From Pikeienuella sp. (GTDB lineage Bacteria > Pseudomonadota > Alphaproteobacteria > Rhodobacterales > Rhodobacteraceae): a DNA stretch of 64,000 nucleotides. Both the position numbers and the translations under genes were made by a program. How positions within the stretch are numbered: position 1 is the first letter of the stretch; each line of letters starts with the position of its first letter. The DNA lies in NCBI GenBank assembly GCA_049600095.1, contig JBMYPG010000003.1:3065-67064 (forward strand). Reading direction: 5' to 3'. The notes below the pieces were generated by a model. It worked only from the letters and a program-made list of their open reading frames with translations. It was not told the DNA's origin and searched no databases. Shown in pieces: positions 1 to 9,556 of the stretch.

Positions 1-52
1 GCCGTTCATTCGGGCTGATGGTTGCTGCGGGGTCCAATTCTGTGGTCGCCAC
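1..52 (-). CDS. 5' end of a CDS running off the window (MATTELDPAATISPNER...), product unknown
   Basis: GTG at 52-50 preceded by GGAGG; frame open to the window edge. Confidence 0.4.
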   Translation of the reverse strand, partial: MATTELDPAATISPNER

Positions 53-213
53 TCGGCCTCCAAGGTTAAGCTGCCTAAATGGTGGCTGAGGCTGCGCTTG
101 CTTTCAAGAGAAAACCGCCGGCCGATACAATATTTGACGTTCGGTTGCGCCTATTAGACCGATTTCGCGGTGAGGCAAGTTGTAGCCCAACTACTTCACC
201 GAGCCTCAAATGG

Positions 214-1437
214 CTATTTTTGAGCAGAAGTACCATCCCACCAATCACGGGGTTTCTTCCGAGCCGCTCGGCCAGATTTATCATCTAGCCAAAGCGCCAC
301 CTTTCTAAGAGGTGAGAGGGCAAGACGAAGCCACAATCTGTTTCTTCGTTTAGAAAAATCACGATTGAATGGACAGACCCGCATACATATGGCGCAATCT
401 GATGCCAGTTTCGCCCAATACCCAAAACAAGCCTCAGCATCCGATGTCCATTTTCGAACGCCGGTGATTGCGGACTTACCCGTCGATTCGACACTTGGAG
501 GCCCACTTGGCAATGCTTTGGCCGGGCATGCCTTTACGCATCGGTCACAGGTTGAGCAGAACTCAGCAACGCCAAGCTTTCGTGGTGCATCATGAGCTAC
601 TGGCATGGTCGTGAAGATTTTGGAAAACCGCAGGCGTGGCCCAAATTCTGGTGTGATCACCAGTTGGTTACGCGCGTATTCACCCAACCCTGCTTTTATC
701 GCATAAGGAATAACAAGGCCGGTATCATTCATGGATGCCACAGCCTCATAGCCCAAATTGCGGATGTAGGCGGCCACTTGCATGACGATGCCCGCCTCGT
801 GGCTGTATTCTCGGCCAGTAGCCGCGCCACCCAATGCTGAAGGATACGTCGCCAAAAGGCTTTCATCCATTTCATGTCCTAGGACAATTACGGAGGTTAT
901 ACCCTCCGGCAGTTCATTGGCTGCCTCCGATGCGTCGCGAGCATCGACGCGGGTTTCATACAGCCAACGATCATCAATTTCAGTTACGGCACAAAGGTCC
1001 GCACCAAAAAACTGGGCTACCTTTTTGATCTCGGCATTCATCGCGACCGGGTCGTCAATCTCTACCTGATCCGTAGAAACGGGTGTGTCGTTGTTGATAG
1101 GCGCCTGAAAACCCTCACGCTCTCCAACTTCATTCCCTCGATTTGAGATGATGTCAGAGATTAACCAGCTTGCGTTGCGCAGGGCAAAATCGCGCTGGGT
1201 GAATCCGTCACCCCGGCGTGGGGCTGATTCAATCCGATAACTACCAAAGAATGCCTCACTACGTTTTGAGCGTACGGTTTCATCCCAAAATGCGCGCGTA
1301 AACACATCATTTCGCTGATGAAAGGGTTCAAAATCGTCAGTGACATCAATCCCAGCTTCGCGATCAGACTCCGCAAAACGGTCTACCCAATTGCGGCGGC
1401 GATCATCTAAATCGGTTCTGTTAGAGGGCCATACCAT
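214..1437 (-). CDS. Reductive dehalogenase-family protein (cobalamin, 2x[4Fe-4S]), no Tat signal
   Basis: IKKVAQFFGADLCAV; AIKAGLGEYARNQLVITPEFGPRLRFSKIFT; Fe-S motifs FCSTCDRCVKACP and C-X10-CAICMRVCPF; start set to ATG 1437. Confidence 0.85.
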   Translation of the reverse strand: MVWPSNRTDLDDRRRNWVDRFAESDREAGIDVTDDFEPFHQRNDVFTRAFWDETVRSKRSEAFFGSYRIESAPRRGDGFTQRDFALRNASWLISDIISNRGNEVGEREGFQAPINNDTPVSTDQVEIDDPVAMNAEIKKVAQFFGADLCAVTEIDDRWLYETRVDARDASEAANELPEGITSVIVLGHEMDESLLATYPSALGGAATGREYSHEAGIVMQVAAYIRNLGYEAVASMNDTGLVIPYAIKAGLGEYARNQLVITPEFGPRLRFSKIFTTMPVAHDAPRKLGVAEFCSTCDRCVKACPAKALPSGPPSVESTGKSAITGVRKWTSDAEACFGYWAKLASDCAICMRVCPFNRDFSKRRNRLWLRLALSPLRKVALWLDDKSGRAARKKPRDWWDGTSAQK

Positions 1438-1512
1438 TTCGGGACAATGGCGCGTCGGGATCAATTCGTCGAGGTCGAATTATTGTAAATTCGGGCCATT
1501 TCTGGCTTCAAA

Positions 1513-2166
1513 TCAACCTAAGGCGAGACTAACTCCAATGCCGATCAGGAAAAGCCCACCGACCCAGCGCAATACACTGCTCCATCGTTGACTGGCCTTG
1601 ATGGTCGCGGCAATTGAACCGCCGACGATAGCCACAACAATGTCAGAGGGTAGAGCGGTAAGCGGTACCAACACACCCAAAATTAGCATCTGAGTAACAA
1701 CATCCCCGCGTCCCATCTCAACAAATGGCGGGATGAAAGCCATGAAGAACAGGATTGTCTTGGGGTTCAGGACTTCGACCAAAACGCCCTGATAGACAAT
1801 TTGAAAAAATGATCGCCGTTTATGTAACGCCTTCGTCTCGAATGCGGCTTCGATCTCTGCGTTCATGGCGGCGTCATCTTGTTTTTCTCGGATCATGCCG
1901 ACGCCAAGATAAATCAGATATGCCGCACCGACCCATGTCAGCACGGTGTAGGCGGTGGCCGACTGCTGAAACACTGCTGCCAAACCCATGGCCGCAACCA
2001 GGGCCAGCAAGACACCACCCAGCCCAAGGCCAATGGCCGAGGCAAACCCTGCGCCCCTGCTTTGACCAATGCTGCGCGATAAAACGTAAAGCATGGATGG
2101 CCCGGGCGTCACGCTAAGCAACAGCCCGGCAATTGCGACTGTAAAGATCGTCTCTATTGAAGGCAT
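1513..2166 (-). CDS. LysE/RhtB family translocator
   Basis: TPGPSM N-terminal motif, GAAYLIYLG, LNPKTILFF. Confidence 0.93.
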   Translation of the reverse strand: MPSIETIFTVAIAGLLLSVTPGPSMLYVLSRSIGQSRGAGFASAIGLGLGGVLLALVAAMGLAAVFQQSATAYTVLTWVGAAYLIYLGVGMIREKQDDAAMNAEIEAAFETKALHKRRSFFQIVYQGVLVEVLNPKTILFFMAFIPPFVEMGRGDVVTQMLILGVLVPLTALPSDIVVAIVGGSIAATIKASQRWSSVLRWVGGLFLIGIGVSLALG

Positions 2167-2170
2167 AAAG

Positions 2171-3205
2171 TCAGGACGCCTCTGCGCTATTCATTCTATT
2201 TTCAAATGGGTTTTGGACCGCGCCCTGCGTATCATAGTTTGCAGACCAAAGGCGGTCGCCCCGGCGCTCTCTCAGATACGGAAAATCACGCAGTAGCATT
2301 CTTTCTAAATGAACGCCTGCGCAAAAACCTTCGTATTTAGGCGGGTTGTCCTTTGAGGTAAGCTCATCAAAAGGTTGAATAATTGCGTCATAATTCGCAG
2401 CCACAAAATAGGGCATCGAATACCGCTCAGGGCTGAGATTCAGCACGCGGTGCGGCGTGGAACGGAAAACACCGTTGGTCCATGCTTCGAGCATATCGCC
2501 GATATTGATAATATAAGCCTCTGGCCGAACGGGTACATCAACCCATTCATCATCACGGGTCATGACCTGCAGACCCTTTTGACGTTGGTGGAGCAATGTC
2601 AGACATTCGTAGTCTGTATGCGCGCCCATATTGACGCTGTTTTTCTTAGTTGTTTCCTGCGCACGCACATAGTGCAACAGACGCAACTGAGAGATCGGCT
2701 TTGTCATATACTGCGTCAGCTCACCCGGCTGTAAGCCAAGATGCATTTCCAAAGCAGAACAGATGCGCCAACCGGTATTGGAGATAAGATTATAGTACCG
2801 ATAAATTGTTTCCCGGAATCCATCCAAATTTGGCCACACGTTTGGACCCAGCAGCAGGTTACCAGCAAGGAAATCCGGGTCATCATGCGGCAGGTCAAGC
2901 GCTAGATCGAATGCTTCATAGTTGCGGTTTATTTCGTCTGCGTAGTCGCCCTTTTCAGTGAAGGGCACATATCCGCGATGATTGAGACTGTCGCCGATGT
3001 AATTTGCGCGCTTCACATGATCCGGCAGCGCAAAAAACTCTTCGGCGGCCTTATAAGTCTGTTCAATAACTTGGCGAGAGATACCGTGGTTTACGATGTA
3101 GAAAAAGCCGACCTCTCTTGCCGCCTGCCCCATTTCATCGGCAGTGCGCTTGATCGCGATTTGATCAGTGCCCAATAACGGCGATATATCTATGACAGGA
3201 AGAAT
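2171..3205 (-). CDS. Isopenicillin N synthase-like 2OG-Fe(II) oxygenase; probable ATT start
   Basis: GFFYIVNHG, AHTDY (HxD), NIGDMLE, STPHRV, RYSMPYF; in-frame LPVIDISPL lies upstream of the ORF-track TTG. Confidence 0.9.
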   Translation of the reverse strand: MLPVIDISPLLGTDQIAIKRTADEMGQAAREVGFFYIVNHGISRQVIEQTYKAAEEFFALPDHVKRANYIGDSLNHRGYVPFTEKGDYADEINRNYEAFDLALDLPHDDPDFLAGNLLLGPNVWPNLDGFRETIYRYYNLISNTGWRICSALEMHLGLQPGELTQYMTKPISQLRLLHYVRAQETTKKNSVNMGAHTDYECLTLLHQRQKGLQVMTRDDEWVDVPVRPEAYIINIGDMLEAWTNGVFRSTPHRVLNLSPERYSMPYFVAANYDAIIQPFDELTSKDNPPKYEGFCAGVHLERMLLRDFPYLRERRGDRLWSANYDTQGAVQNPFENRMNSAEAS

Positions 3206-3519
3206 GATCGCCTCCTTCGCTATGCTTTTCCAACCCCACCAGACAGCCTAAAGTTGTCACATTGGGCATAAGAAATGCAAGGTGTATTAACTAATGTTAC
3301 TGCTCACGTAACCAACTTCATAAAGATTAAGGATAAGTAAACTAATGTTTTAGGCGAATTGGAAAGGCCGCGACACTCGCCCTCCACATTTTCGCCACAT
3401 TAGCCGAACGGAGAAATAATTTTCTCCCTACAGTTGATTTATTGCTCGCATGTCGGCTGCTATCAAATGCGGCGCGGCGCATATATGTTGGCGTACGAAG
3501 AACAGAATCAGGAAATTCA

Positions 3520-4992
3520 ATGTCTCTCTCCGCTCTCAAAAATCACCTTCGCCGGACCTCTGCGCTTGAACAAGCGGCGGGTGTTTTATCTTGGGACCAA
3601 GAGGCAATAATGCCCACCGGCGGGGCTGGGCAACGGGCCGAGCAATTGGGCGCGATGGCGGCCGTTATCCATGATTATCAGTCCGATCCACGGATCGCTG
3701 AGTGGATTGATGCGATTGATAACAAAGAGCTTTCAGCCTTTGACCAACGAAATATCGCCGAAGCGAAACGTAGCTATGACCGTGCGACCAAACTGCCCGC
3801 GGATCTAGCGGAGGCTTTGGCAAAGGGTGCTGCAACTGGGCAGTCAATCTGGGTTGATGCGCGCAAGAAGGGCGACTTCAAAGCCTTTGCGCCTGCGTTA
3901 ACTGAAATGGTTAATCTAAAACGTCGAGAAGCAGAGGCGCTGACCGATGATGGCGACTTGTATGATGCTTTGCTTGATGAGTTCGAACCAGGTGCACGGG
4001 TCGCTGATTTGTCACCTTTGTTGGAGAGTTTACGCCCTGATTTAACGCACCTGAGACAGGCAATCGCAGAAAAAGGCCTTGCTGCGAACCAATTGGCAGC
4101 GAATGCATTTCCTGCGGCGGATCAACTGTCTCTCGCTCAGAAAATAGCTGATAAGTTGGGGTATGATTTAACCAGAGGCCGAATCGACACCGTCACCCAC
4201 CCATTTTGCTCTGGCACAGGTGATGACGTTAGAATTACCACCCGAACGGATGAGAGCGACCCTTTCAACTGTTTGTATTCAACGATCCACGAAGTTGGTC
4301 ATGCCCTATATGCGCAGGGCGCACCCGATGCGTTTTTACCTGCTGCTGATTACTGCTCCATGGGTGTGCATGAAAGCCAGTCGCGGTTTTGGGAAAACCA
4401 GATTGCGCGGTCGCGGCCCTTCATGGACTGGCTACACCCGGCGATGACCGAAGCGTTCGGCGATGCCGCCCCGGCCAGCGCAGATGCGCTTTATCAGGCG
4501 GTCAACAATGTAGAGACAGGGTTCATTCGCACCGAAGCAGATGAAATTCATTATAACCTGCACATACTGCTGCGGTTCGAGCTGGAGCGTGATCTGATCT
4601 CTGGCGATTTAGACGTCAGTGACCTAGAGGCGGAATGGAACATGCGTTTCGAGCGCGATTTCGGGCGGGTAGTCACAGACCCCGCAATGGGCGTTTTACA
4701 GGATGTTCATTGGTCTGCCGGCCTGTTTGGCTATTTCCCGACCTATTCACTGGGCAACATCTATGCTGCCTGCCTTGACGAAGCGATGCGGGCCGAAATG
4801 CCCAACCGCGATGAAATGGTCCGGCAAGGTGAAACTGCGCCGATACTCAGCTGGCTGAGAGCGAACATTCATGAGCACGGGCGGGTTTTGACAGCACCGG
4901 AATTGATTGAACAGGCGACGGGCAAACCACCGAGCGCCGCGCCCTTGGTTGCTTATCTGAAAGACAAATTTGGTACCCTCTATGACCTCTGA
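3520..4992 (+). CDS. Carboxypeptidase M32 (Taq-like)
   Basis: LSWDQE, HPFC, DVRITT, HEVGH, HESQSRFWEN, IRTEADE, QDVHW, GYFPTYSLG. Confidence 0.96.
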   Translation: MSLSALKNHLRRTSALEQAAGVLSWDQEAIMPTGGAGQRAEQLGAMAAVIHDYQSDPRIAEWIDAIDNKELSAFDQRNIAEAKRSYDRATKLPADLAEALAKGAATGQSIWVDARKKGDFKAFAPALTEMVNLKRREAEALTDDGDLYDALLDEFEPGARVADLSPLLESLRPDLTHLRQAIAEKGLAANQLAANAFPAADQLSLAQKIADKLGYDLTRGRIDTVTHPFCSGTGDDVRITTRTDESDPFNCLYSTIHEVGHALYAQGAPDAFLPAADYCSMGVHESQSRFWENQIARSRPFMDWLHPAMTEAFGDAAPASADALYQAVNNVETGFIRTEADEIHYNLHILLRFELERDLISGDLDVSDLEAEWNMRFERDFGRVVTDPAMGVLQDVHWSAGLFGYFPTYSLGNIYAACLDEAMRAEMPNRDEMVRQGETAPILSWLRANIHEHGRVLTAPELIEQATGKPPSAAPLVAYLKDKFGTLYDL

Positions 4993-5194
4993 CCGTATCG
5001 ATACTCTTGAAACCCATATCGCCCATCAAGAGGCCGCGATTGAAGACCTGAGCGAAACCGTGCAGGCACAATGGCTGGAGATTGATGCGCTCAAACGTGC
5101 AGTTGGTAAATTGAACCGCACCTTGGAAGCCATGGCGATGGCGGCGGGGGATGATGATACACCACCTGCGGATCAGCCACCGCCGCACTACTGA
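4982..5194 (+). CDS. slyX: SlyX family protein
   Basis: LETHIAHQEAAIEDLS coiled coil and C-terminal PPPHY. Confidence 0.92.
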   Translation: MTSDRIDTLETHIAHQEAAIEDLSETVQAQWLEIDALKRAVGKLNRTLEAMAMAAGDDDTPPADQPPPHY

Positions 5195-5408
5195 CCACCA
5201 TAAGCCAAAACTGCATTCAGAATTAGTCTCTCTGCCCACATTTTACGGCGCAGAAGGCAAAACCCTTTGTCGAAATGGTCACATCCGATACAAGCACAAG
5301 TAGATGTGAAGAGCTTCGGAGTGTTCATCACGGGCAGTTGCACATAACGTGAAGCTACGCACTCTGATGCGAATGCATTTACAAAACCCAAATACAGGGA
5401 GTTAAGCC

Positions 5409-5888
5409 ATGAGAAAGTCGTTAGTCACACTTACCGTTGCAGCCGGAATAATCACAGGCGCAGTTGGCGGGGCCGCATTGGCAGGCGGACATGAAAAGCA
5501 CCCAGCTGTTAAGGCACGGCAGGCTTCTATGCAGCTTTATGCGCATTACCTTGGCCAGTTGGGCGCGATGGCCAAAGGCAAGGTAGAGTATAACGCAGAG
5601 AAGGCTGACACCGTCGCGAAATCCTTGAACGCAGTGGTCGGTCTCGACAAATCTGCAATGTGGCCACAGGGCACCAGCAACGCTGACTTGCCGGGTCAAA
5701 CCTCTGCGTTGCCAGAAATTTGGTCTACGTATCCTGCTGTCGCTGAAAAGGGTAAAGCATTGGCAGACGCATCAGCGCAGATGGCATCAGCAGCTGGTCA
5801 GGGCCTAGATTCATTGCGTGGCGCAATTGGCGGTGTCGGTGCAGCCTGCGGTGCCTGCCACAAAGCATTCCGCGCGCCAGCGAATTAA
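5409..5888 (+). CDS. Class II cytochrome c (c'/c556)
   Basis: Signal peptide, ARQASM, ALPEIW, C-terminal CGACH. Confidence 0.92.
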   Translation: MRKSLVTLTVAAGIITGAVGGAALAGGHEKHPAVKARQASMQLYAHYLGQLGAMAKGKVEYNAEKADTVAKSLNAVVGLDKSAMWPQGTSNADLPGQTSALPEIWSTYPAVAEKGKALADASAQMASAAGQGLDSLRGAIGGVGAACGACHKAFRAPAN

Positions 5889-5915
5889 ATTAATCGCGCA
5901 TTGCTGAAATAGACG

Positions 5916-5945
5916 TTTCGGGCGCAAAAAGACCTGCGCCCGGAA
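5916..5945 (+). terminator. Intercistronic stem-loop between the two cytochrome genes
   Basis: TTTCGGGCGCA-N8-TGCGCCCGGAA inverted repeat, no U-tract. Confidence 0.5.
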
Positions 5946-5985
5946 TGCACCGGACCACCAGATTTCAAAACCGGAGAATGACCTT

Positions 5986-6873
5986 ATGCGTCGATTGATT
6001 ATGCGTCTGGCCGCCTTGGCCATCATCGGCCTTGCTGTTTTCCGGTTTCTGACTTCACCTGAAAAAATTGACCCTGCTGAACTGACTGGCCTGACCGGCG
6101 ACCCAGTGCGTGGTGAACTGGTTTTCCACGCTGGCGGTTGCGCATCTTGCCATGCTGCACCCAATGCGGAGGGGGAGGCAAAACTGACCCTCAGCGGTGG
6201 TCGTGCTTTCGCCTCGCCTTTTGGGACCTTCTATGCGCCAAATATTTCGCCCAGCGCTGAAGGGATAGCAGGGTGGTCTGACGAAGATATGGTTAACGCG
6301 ATGAAGTTTGGCACCTCGCCAGAGGGCTCGCATTACTTCCCGGCTTTCCCTTACGGGTCGTATTCGCGGGCCGAGTTGGGCGACATTGTTGACCTGAAAG
6401 CATTCATGAATGGCCTGCCGAGTGATCCAACGGAAAGCAAAGCCCATGATGTAGGTTTTCCATTCAACATCCGCCGTACTTTGGGTGGTTGGAAGTTGCT
6501 GTTCATGTCGGATGAGCCGCTGTTGGCTGAAGCGGATACGGAGCTGTTAAAGAGAGGCCGCTATTTGGCAGAAGCTTTGGGTCATTGTGGAGAGTGCCAT
6601 ACCCCGCGCAATGCCTTAGGTGGCCTGCAAACGGATCAATGGTTGGGTGGTGCCCCCAACCCCAGCGGCAAAGGTCGCATCCCGAACATCACGCCCGGAA
6701 AACTGACATGGGATGACGTGGATATACTTGAGTATCTCACCTCTGGCTTCACCCCCGAATATGATGTGGTTGGTGGTCATATGGCAGAGGTTGTTGAAAA
6801 CCTCGCGAAGCTGCCAGACAGCGACCGCGCAGCGATTGTTGCTTACCTAAAGGCTGTGCCTGCACTGCCATAA
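5986..6873 (+). CDS. Membrane-anchored diheme cytochrome c
   Basis: CASCH and CGECH; SPFGTFYAPNIS, HYFPAFPY, HTPRN motifs of gluconate/alcohol dehydrogenase cytochrome-like proteins. Confidence 0.92.
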   Translation: MRRLIMRLAALAIIGLAVFRFLTSPEKIDPAELTGLTGDPVRGELVFHAGGCASCHAAPNAEGEAKLTLSGGRAFASPFGTFYAPNISPSAEGIAGWSDEDMVNAMKFGTSPEGSHYFPAFPYGSYSRAELGDIVDLKAFMNGLPSDPTESKAHDVGFPFNIRRTLGGWKLLFMSDEPLLAEADTELLKRGRYLAEALGHCGECHTPRNALGGLQTDQWLGGAPNPSGKGRIPNITPGKLTWDDVDILEYLTSGFTPEYDVVGGHMAEVVENLAKLPDSDRAAIVAYLKAVPALP

Positions 6874-6962
6874 GTTCAAAAAAACGACATCAAGCGCGGC
6901 TAAAACCTCTTTACTTTCAACCATGAAACACGGCTACTCCGCCCAACTGAAAAGAGGGTACA

Positions 6963-7856
6963 GTGGACCGTAAAGACAATATTGATGCGTTTGGTGCAGT
7001 GGTGCTGGTGGCATTTTCCGCCTTGCTGGGCCTCAATCAGGTTCTCGTAAAATTGGTAAGCGTAGGCATGGCCCCGGCGTTTCAGTCTGGCCTTCGGTCC
7101 GCGTGCGCATTTTTCCCTGTGCTTATCTTTGCGCTTATCATGCGGCGCAAGCTGACCGTATCCGATGGCAGCCTAATTCCCGGTCTAATCACCGGCGTAT
7201 TTTTTGCAGCAGAGTTCCTGTTGTTGTTTCAGGCTTTGGAATACACGAGCGTCGGGCATGCCTCGATTATGTTTTACACCATGCCATTTTGGGTGGCGTT
7301 GGGCGCGCATTTTCTAATCCCCGGAGAAAGGCTAACGCTGATCCGTGTTATCGGGCTGGCGCTATCTGTTGCTGGCGTTTCCATTGCGCTGATAAAATCT
7401 GGCGGTTCCGGAGGGTCTGACCCGCTGTTAGGCGACATAATGTGCTTGGTCGCCGCCATGGGATGGGCTGCAATTGCCTTGATTGCGCGAACAACCAGCT
7501 TTTCAAAATCCGCGCCAGAAATGCAGTTGCTTTACCAACTTGCCGTCTCTGCCCCTATCTTGTTGGGCTTTGCCTTCTTGTCAGGGGAAACGTTCCGAGA
7601 GTTGACGAATACACATCTCTGGATCTTTGCCTTTCAGGTATTTGGTGTTGTGTCCGTCGGTTTTTTGACATGGTTTTGGATTCTTTCGATTTACCCGGCA
7701 TCTGACATGGCGTCATTCGGCTTTCTTGCGCCAGTGTTTGGCGTGATTTTTGGGTGGCTGGTATTTGATGAGGCGTTAACGGTTGAGGTTATCGGCTCTT
7801 TGGCATTGGTCGGTATCGGGATTGTTTTGGTTAACCAAAAACGCAAGGCACGTTAG
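6963..7856 (+). CDS. DMT/EamA family transporter
   Basis: About 10 hydrophobic segments, duplicated EamA pattern (PFWVALGAHFLIPGER; LAPVFGVIFGWLVFDE). Confidence 0.9.
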   Translation: MDRKDNIDAFGAVVLVAFSALLGLNQVLVKLVSVGMAPAFQSGLRSACAFFPVLIFALIMRRKLTVSDGSLIPGLITGVFFAAEFLLLFQALEYTSVGHASIMFYTMPFWVALGAHFLIPGERLTLIRVIGLALSVAGVSIALIKSGGSGGSDPLLGDIMCLVAAMGWAAIALIARTTSFSKSAPEMQLLYQLAVSAPILLGFAFLSGETFRELTNTHLWIFAFQVFGVVSVGFLTWFWILSIYPASDMASFGFLAPVFGVIFGWLVFDEALTVEVIGSLALVGIGIVLVNQKRKAR

Positions 7857-9505
7857 CCGGTTTGCTCTCTCGCACGACGGATCAACGCATTGTTCACTGC
7901 TTTCAGCGCAGCCACATGATCCAGAACGCCGACCAACTCATCGCCATCAAAAACCGGCAAGAAACCTGATTGGCTCTGCTCAAACAGCTTCAGAGCCGTA
8001 TCCATGGTTGTCGCCTCGCTCAGCGCGAACCCTCCGTCAGCCAGCTCTTTGGCTTTGTTGTTCTCTTCACCGCTGGCAGAGCGCATGGCTCGGCGCACCA
8101 AAACTGTTGCCGGGACAAAGCGAACACCGTCAACGATGTTTACGCCAGCCCTCATAAGCTGACTTAGGAAGAAAGACCGGAATACAAAACGCTGTGCTGT
8201 GACTGTGGCTAGCGACACGGATACCATAACTGCGATTGCAGCCTGATAATCGCCCGTAAGCTCAAACACGATCAACGTTGTCGAAATCGGCGCGCCCAGT
8301 ACCGCAGCCGCAACAGCGCCCATTCCGGCAAGGGCATACAACCCTTCAGACCCCGAAACCTCAGGGAATACCGACACAGCGATAGAGCCGAATGCCAACC
8401 CAGTGAATGCGCCCATCATCAAGGCAGGTGAGAACACACCGCCGCCCATTCGGCCTGCATAGGTGATGGCAACGGCAGCAGCTTTGACCACGGCAAACCC
8501 GATGGCCATGCCCAAGGTCAATTCTCCGGTCAGAGCCAGTGATGTCGTTTCATAACCAACGCCGATAATGTGCGGAAACCAGATAGCGATAAGGCCAAGC
8601 ATCGCGCCAGCAACGGTTGGCCGTAGCCAGACAGGAAGGTTGAGAGCCGTTTGTGCTTTGGTCGCTAAGTCCTCGGTTAAGAACAGCGCCCGCATCAGGA
8701 TCGCCGCAACCAAACCCGAAACAAGGCCGAGAATAAGAAAGGCTGGCAGTTCCTCATAAAACGCCAACGAGGCCGCCGGTAGCGTATATTCGGCCACCTC
8801 GCCCACATGGATGCGAGAGATGACGGCACCGGCAACCGATGCAATAACAATTGGTGCAAAAGCACGCGGCGCGTAGTGCCGCAGCACAACTTCTAATGCG
8901 AATAGGGCACCTGCGATGGGGGCGTTGAAGCTGGCCGAAACAGCGGCGGCGACGGCGCAGCCCAGAATATCGCGTGCCGATACACCGTGCATATCAATCC
9001 GCTCAGCGATCCACCCGGAAATGACAGCGGCGAGGTGGACAACCGGCCCCTCTCGCCCGGTTGATCCGCCGGTTGAAAGGGTGATCAGAGAGGCCGCAGC
9101 GGATGCGAGCCCCTCTTTCCGGTTCACCCGCGCATCACGCAGGGCGCTGGCAGCGATGACGTCAGAAACAGAAAGCGCCGTTGCCTTTTTGGTGAAACGC
9201 ATCAGAATCAGGCCAACGCAAAGCCCCGCGATGACTGGTGCAAAGAACACCACCCAAGGGTTCAACCCGGCGGCAGCGGTGTGCAAGGTCAGGCTATCCG
9301 CGCCGTAGACTGTCATATGCAGTTGGTCGATGAGCAGGCGAAAACCAATGGCGGTGTAGCCAGAGATTATGCCGACCAAAAGGGCAACAAGCCAGAACAC
9401 CAGACGATCCCGCGCCGTGGCGCCAGCTTCGCCTAGCGCCAGTGACCACCCAGCCAGTCCATTTTGGCCCGGCTTTCCGTTATCGGAGTGTTTTTGTTCG
9501 CTCAT
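7853..9505 (-). CDS. ClC chloride channel/transporter family protein with C-terminal CBS domain
   Basis: GGSTGREGP, SASFNAPIAGALFALE, GGVFSP, APISTTLIVFELTGDY; C-terminal LPVFDGDELVGVL. Confidence 0.92.
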   Translation of the reverse strand: MSEQKHSDNGKPGQNGLAGWSLALGEAGATARDRLVFWLVALLVGIISGYTAIGFRLLIDQLHMTVYGADSLTLHTAAAGLNPWVVFFAPVIAGLCVGLILMRFTKKATALSVSDVIAASALRDARVNRKEGLASAAASLITLSTGGSTGREGPVVHLAAVISGWIAERIDMHGVSARDILGCAVAAAVSASFNAPIAGALFALEVVLRHYAPRAFAPIVIASVAGAVISRIHVGEVAEYTLPAASLAFYEELPAFLILGLVSGLVAAILMRALFLTEDLATKAQTALNLPVWLRPTVAGAMLGLIAIWFPHIIGVGYETTSLALTGELTLGMAIGFAVVKAAAVAITYAGRMGGGVFSPALMMGAFTGLAFGSIAVSVFPEVSGSEGLYALAGMGAVAAAVLGAPISTTLIVFELTGDYQAAIAVMVSVSLATVTAQRFVFRSFFLSQLMRAGVNIVDGVRFVPATVLVRRAMRSASGEENNKAKELADGGFALSEATTMDTALKLFEQSQSGFLPVFDGDELVGVLDHVAALKAVNNALIRRAREQTG

Positions 9506-9556
9506 CCCGCCCTCGTTAACCTTCTATAGGCGAGCGGGTGAGCGGCGAACAGTGCG

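Noticed and set aside
1438-1512. Looked for a cobalamin riboswitch before the dehalogenase
   Set aside because: Spacer is only 75 bp and has no B12 box
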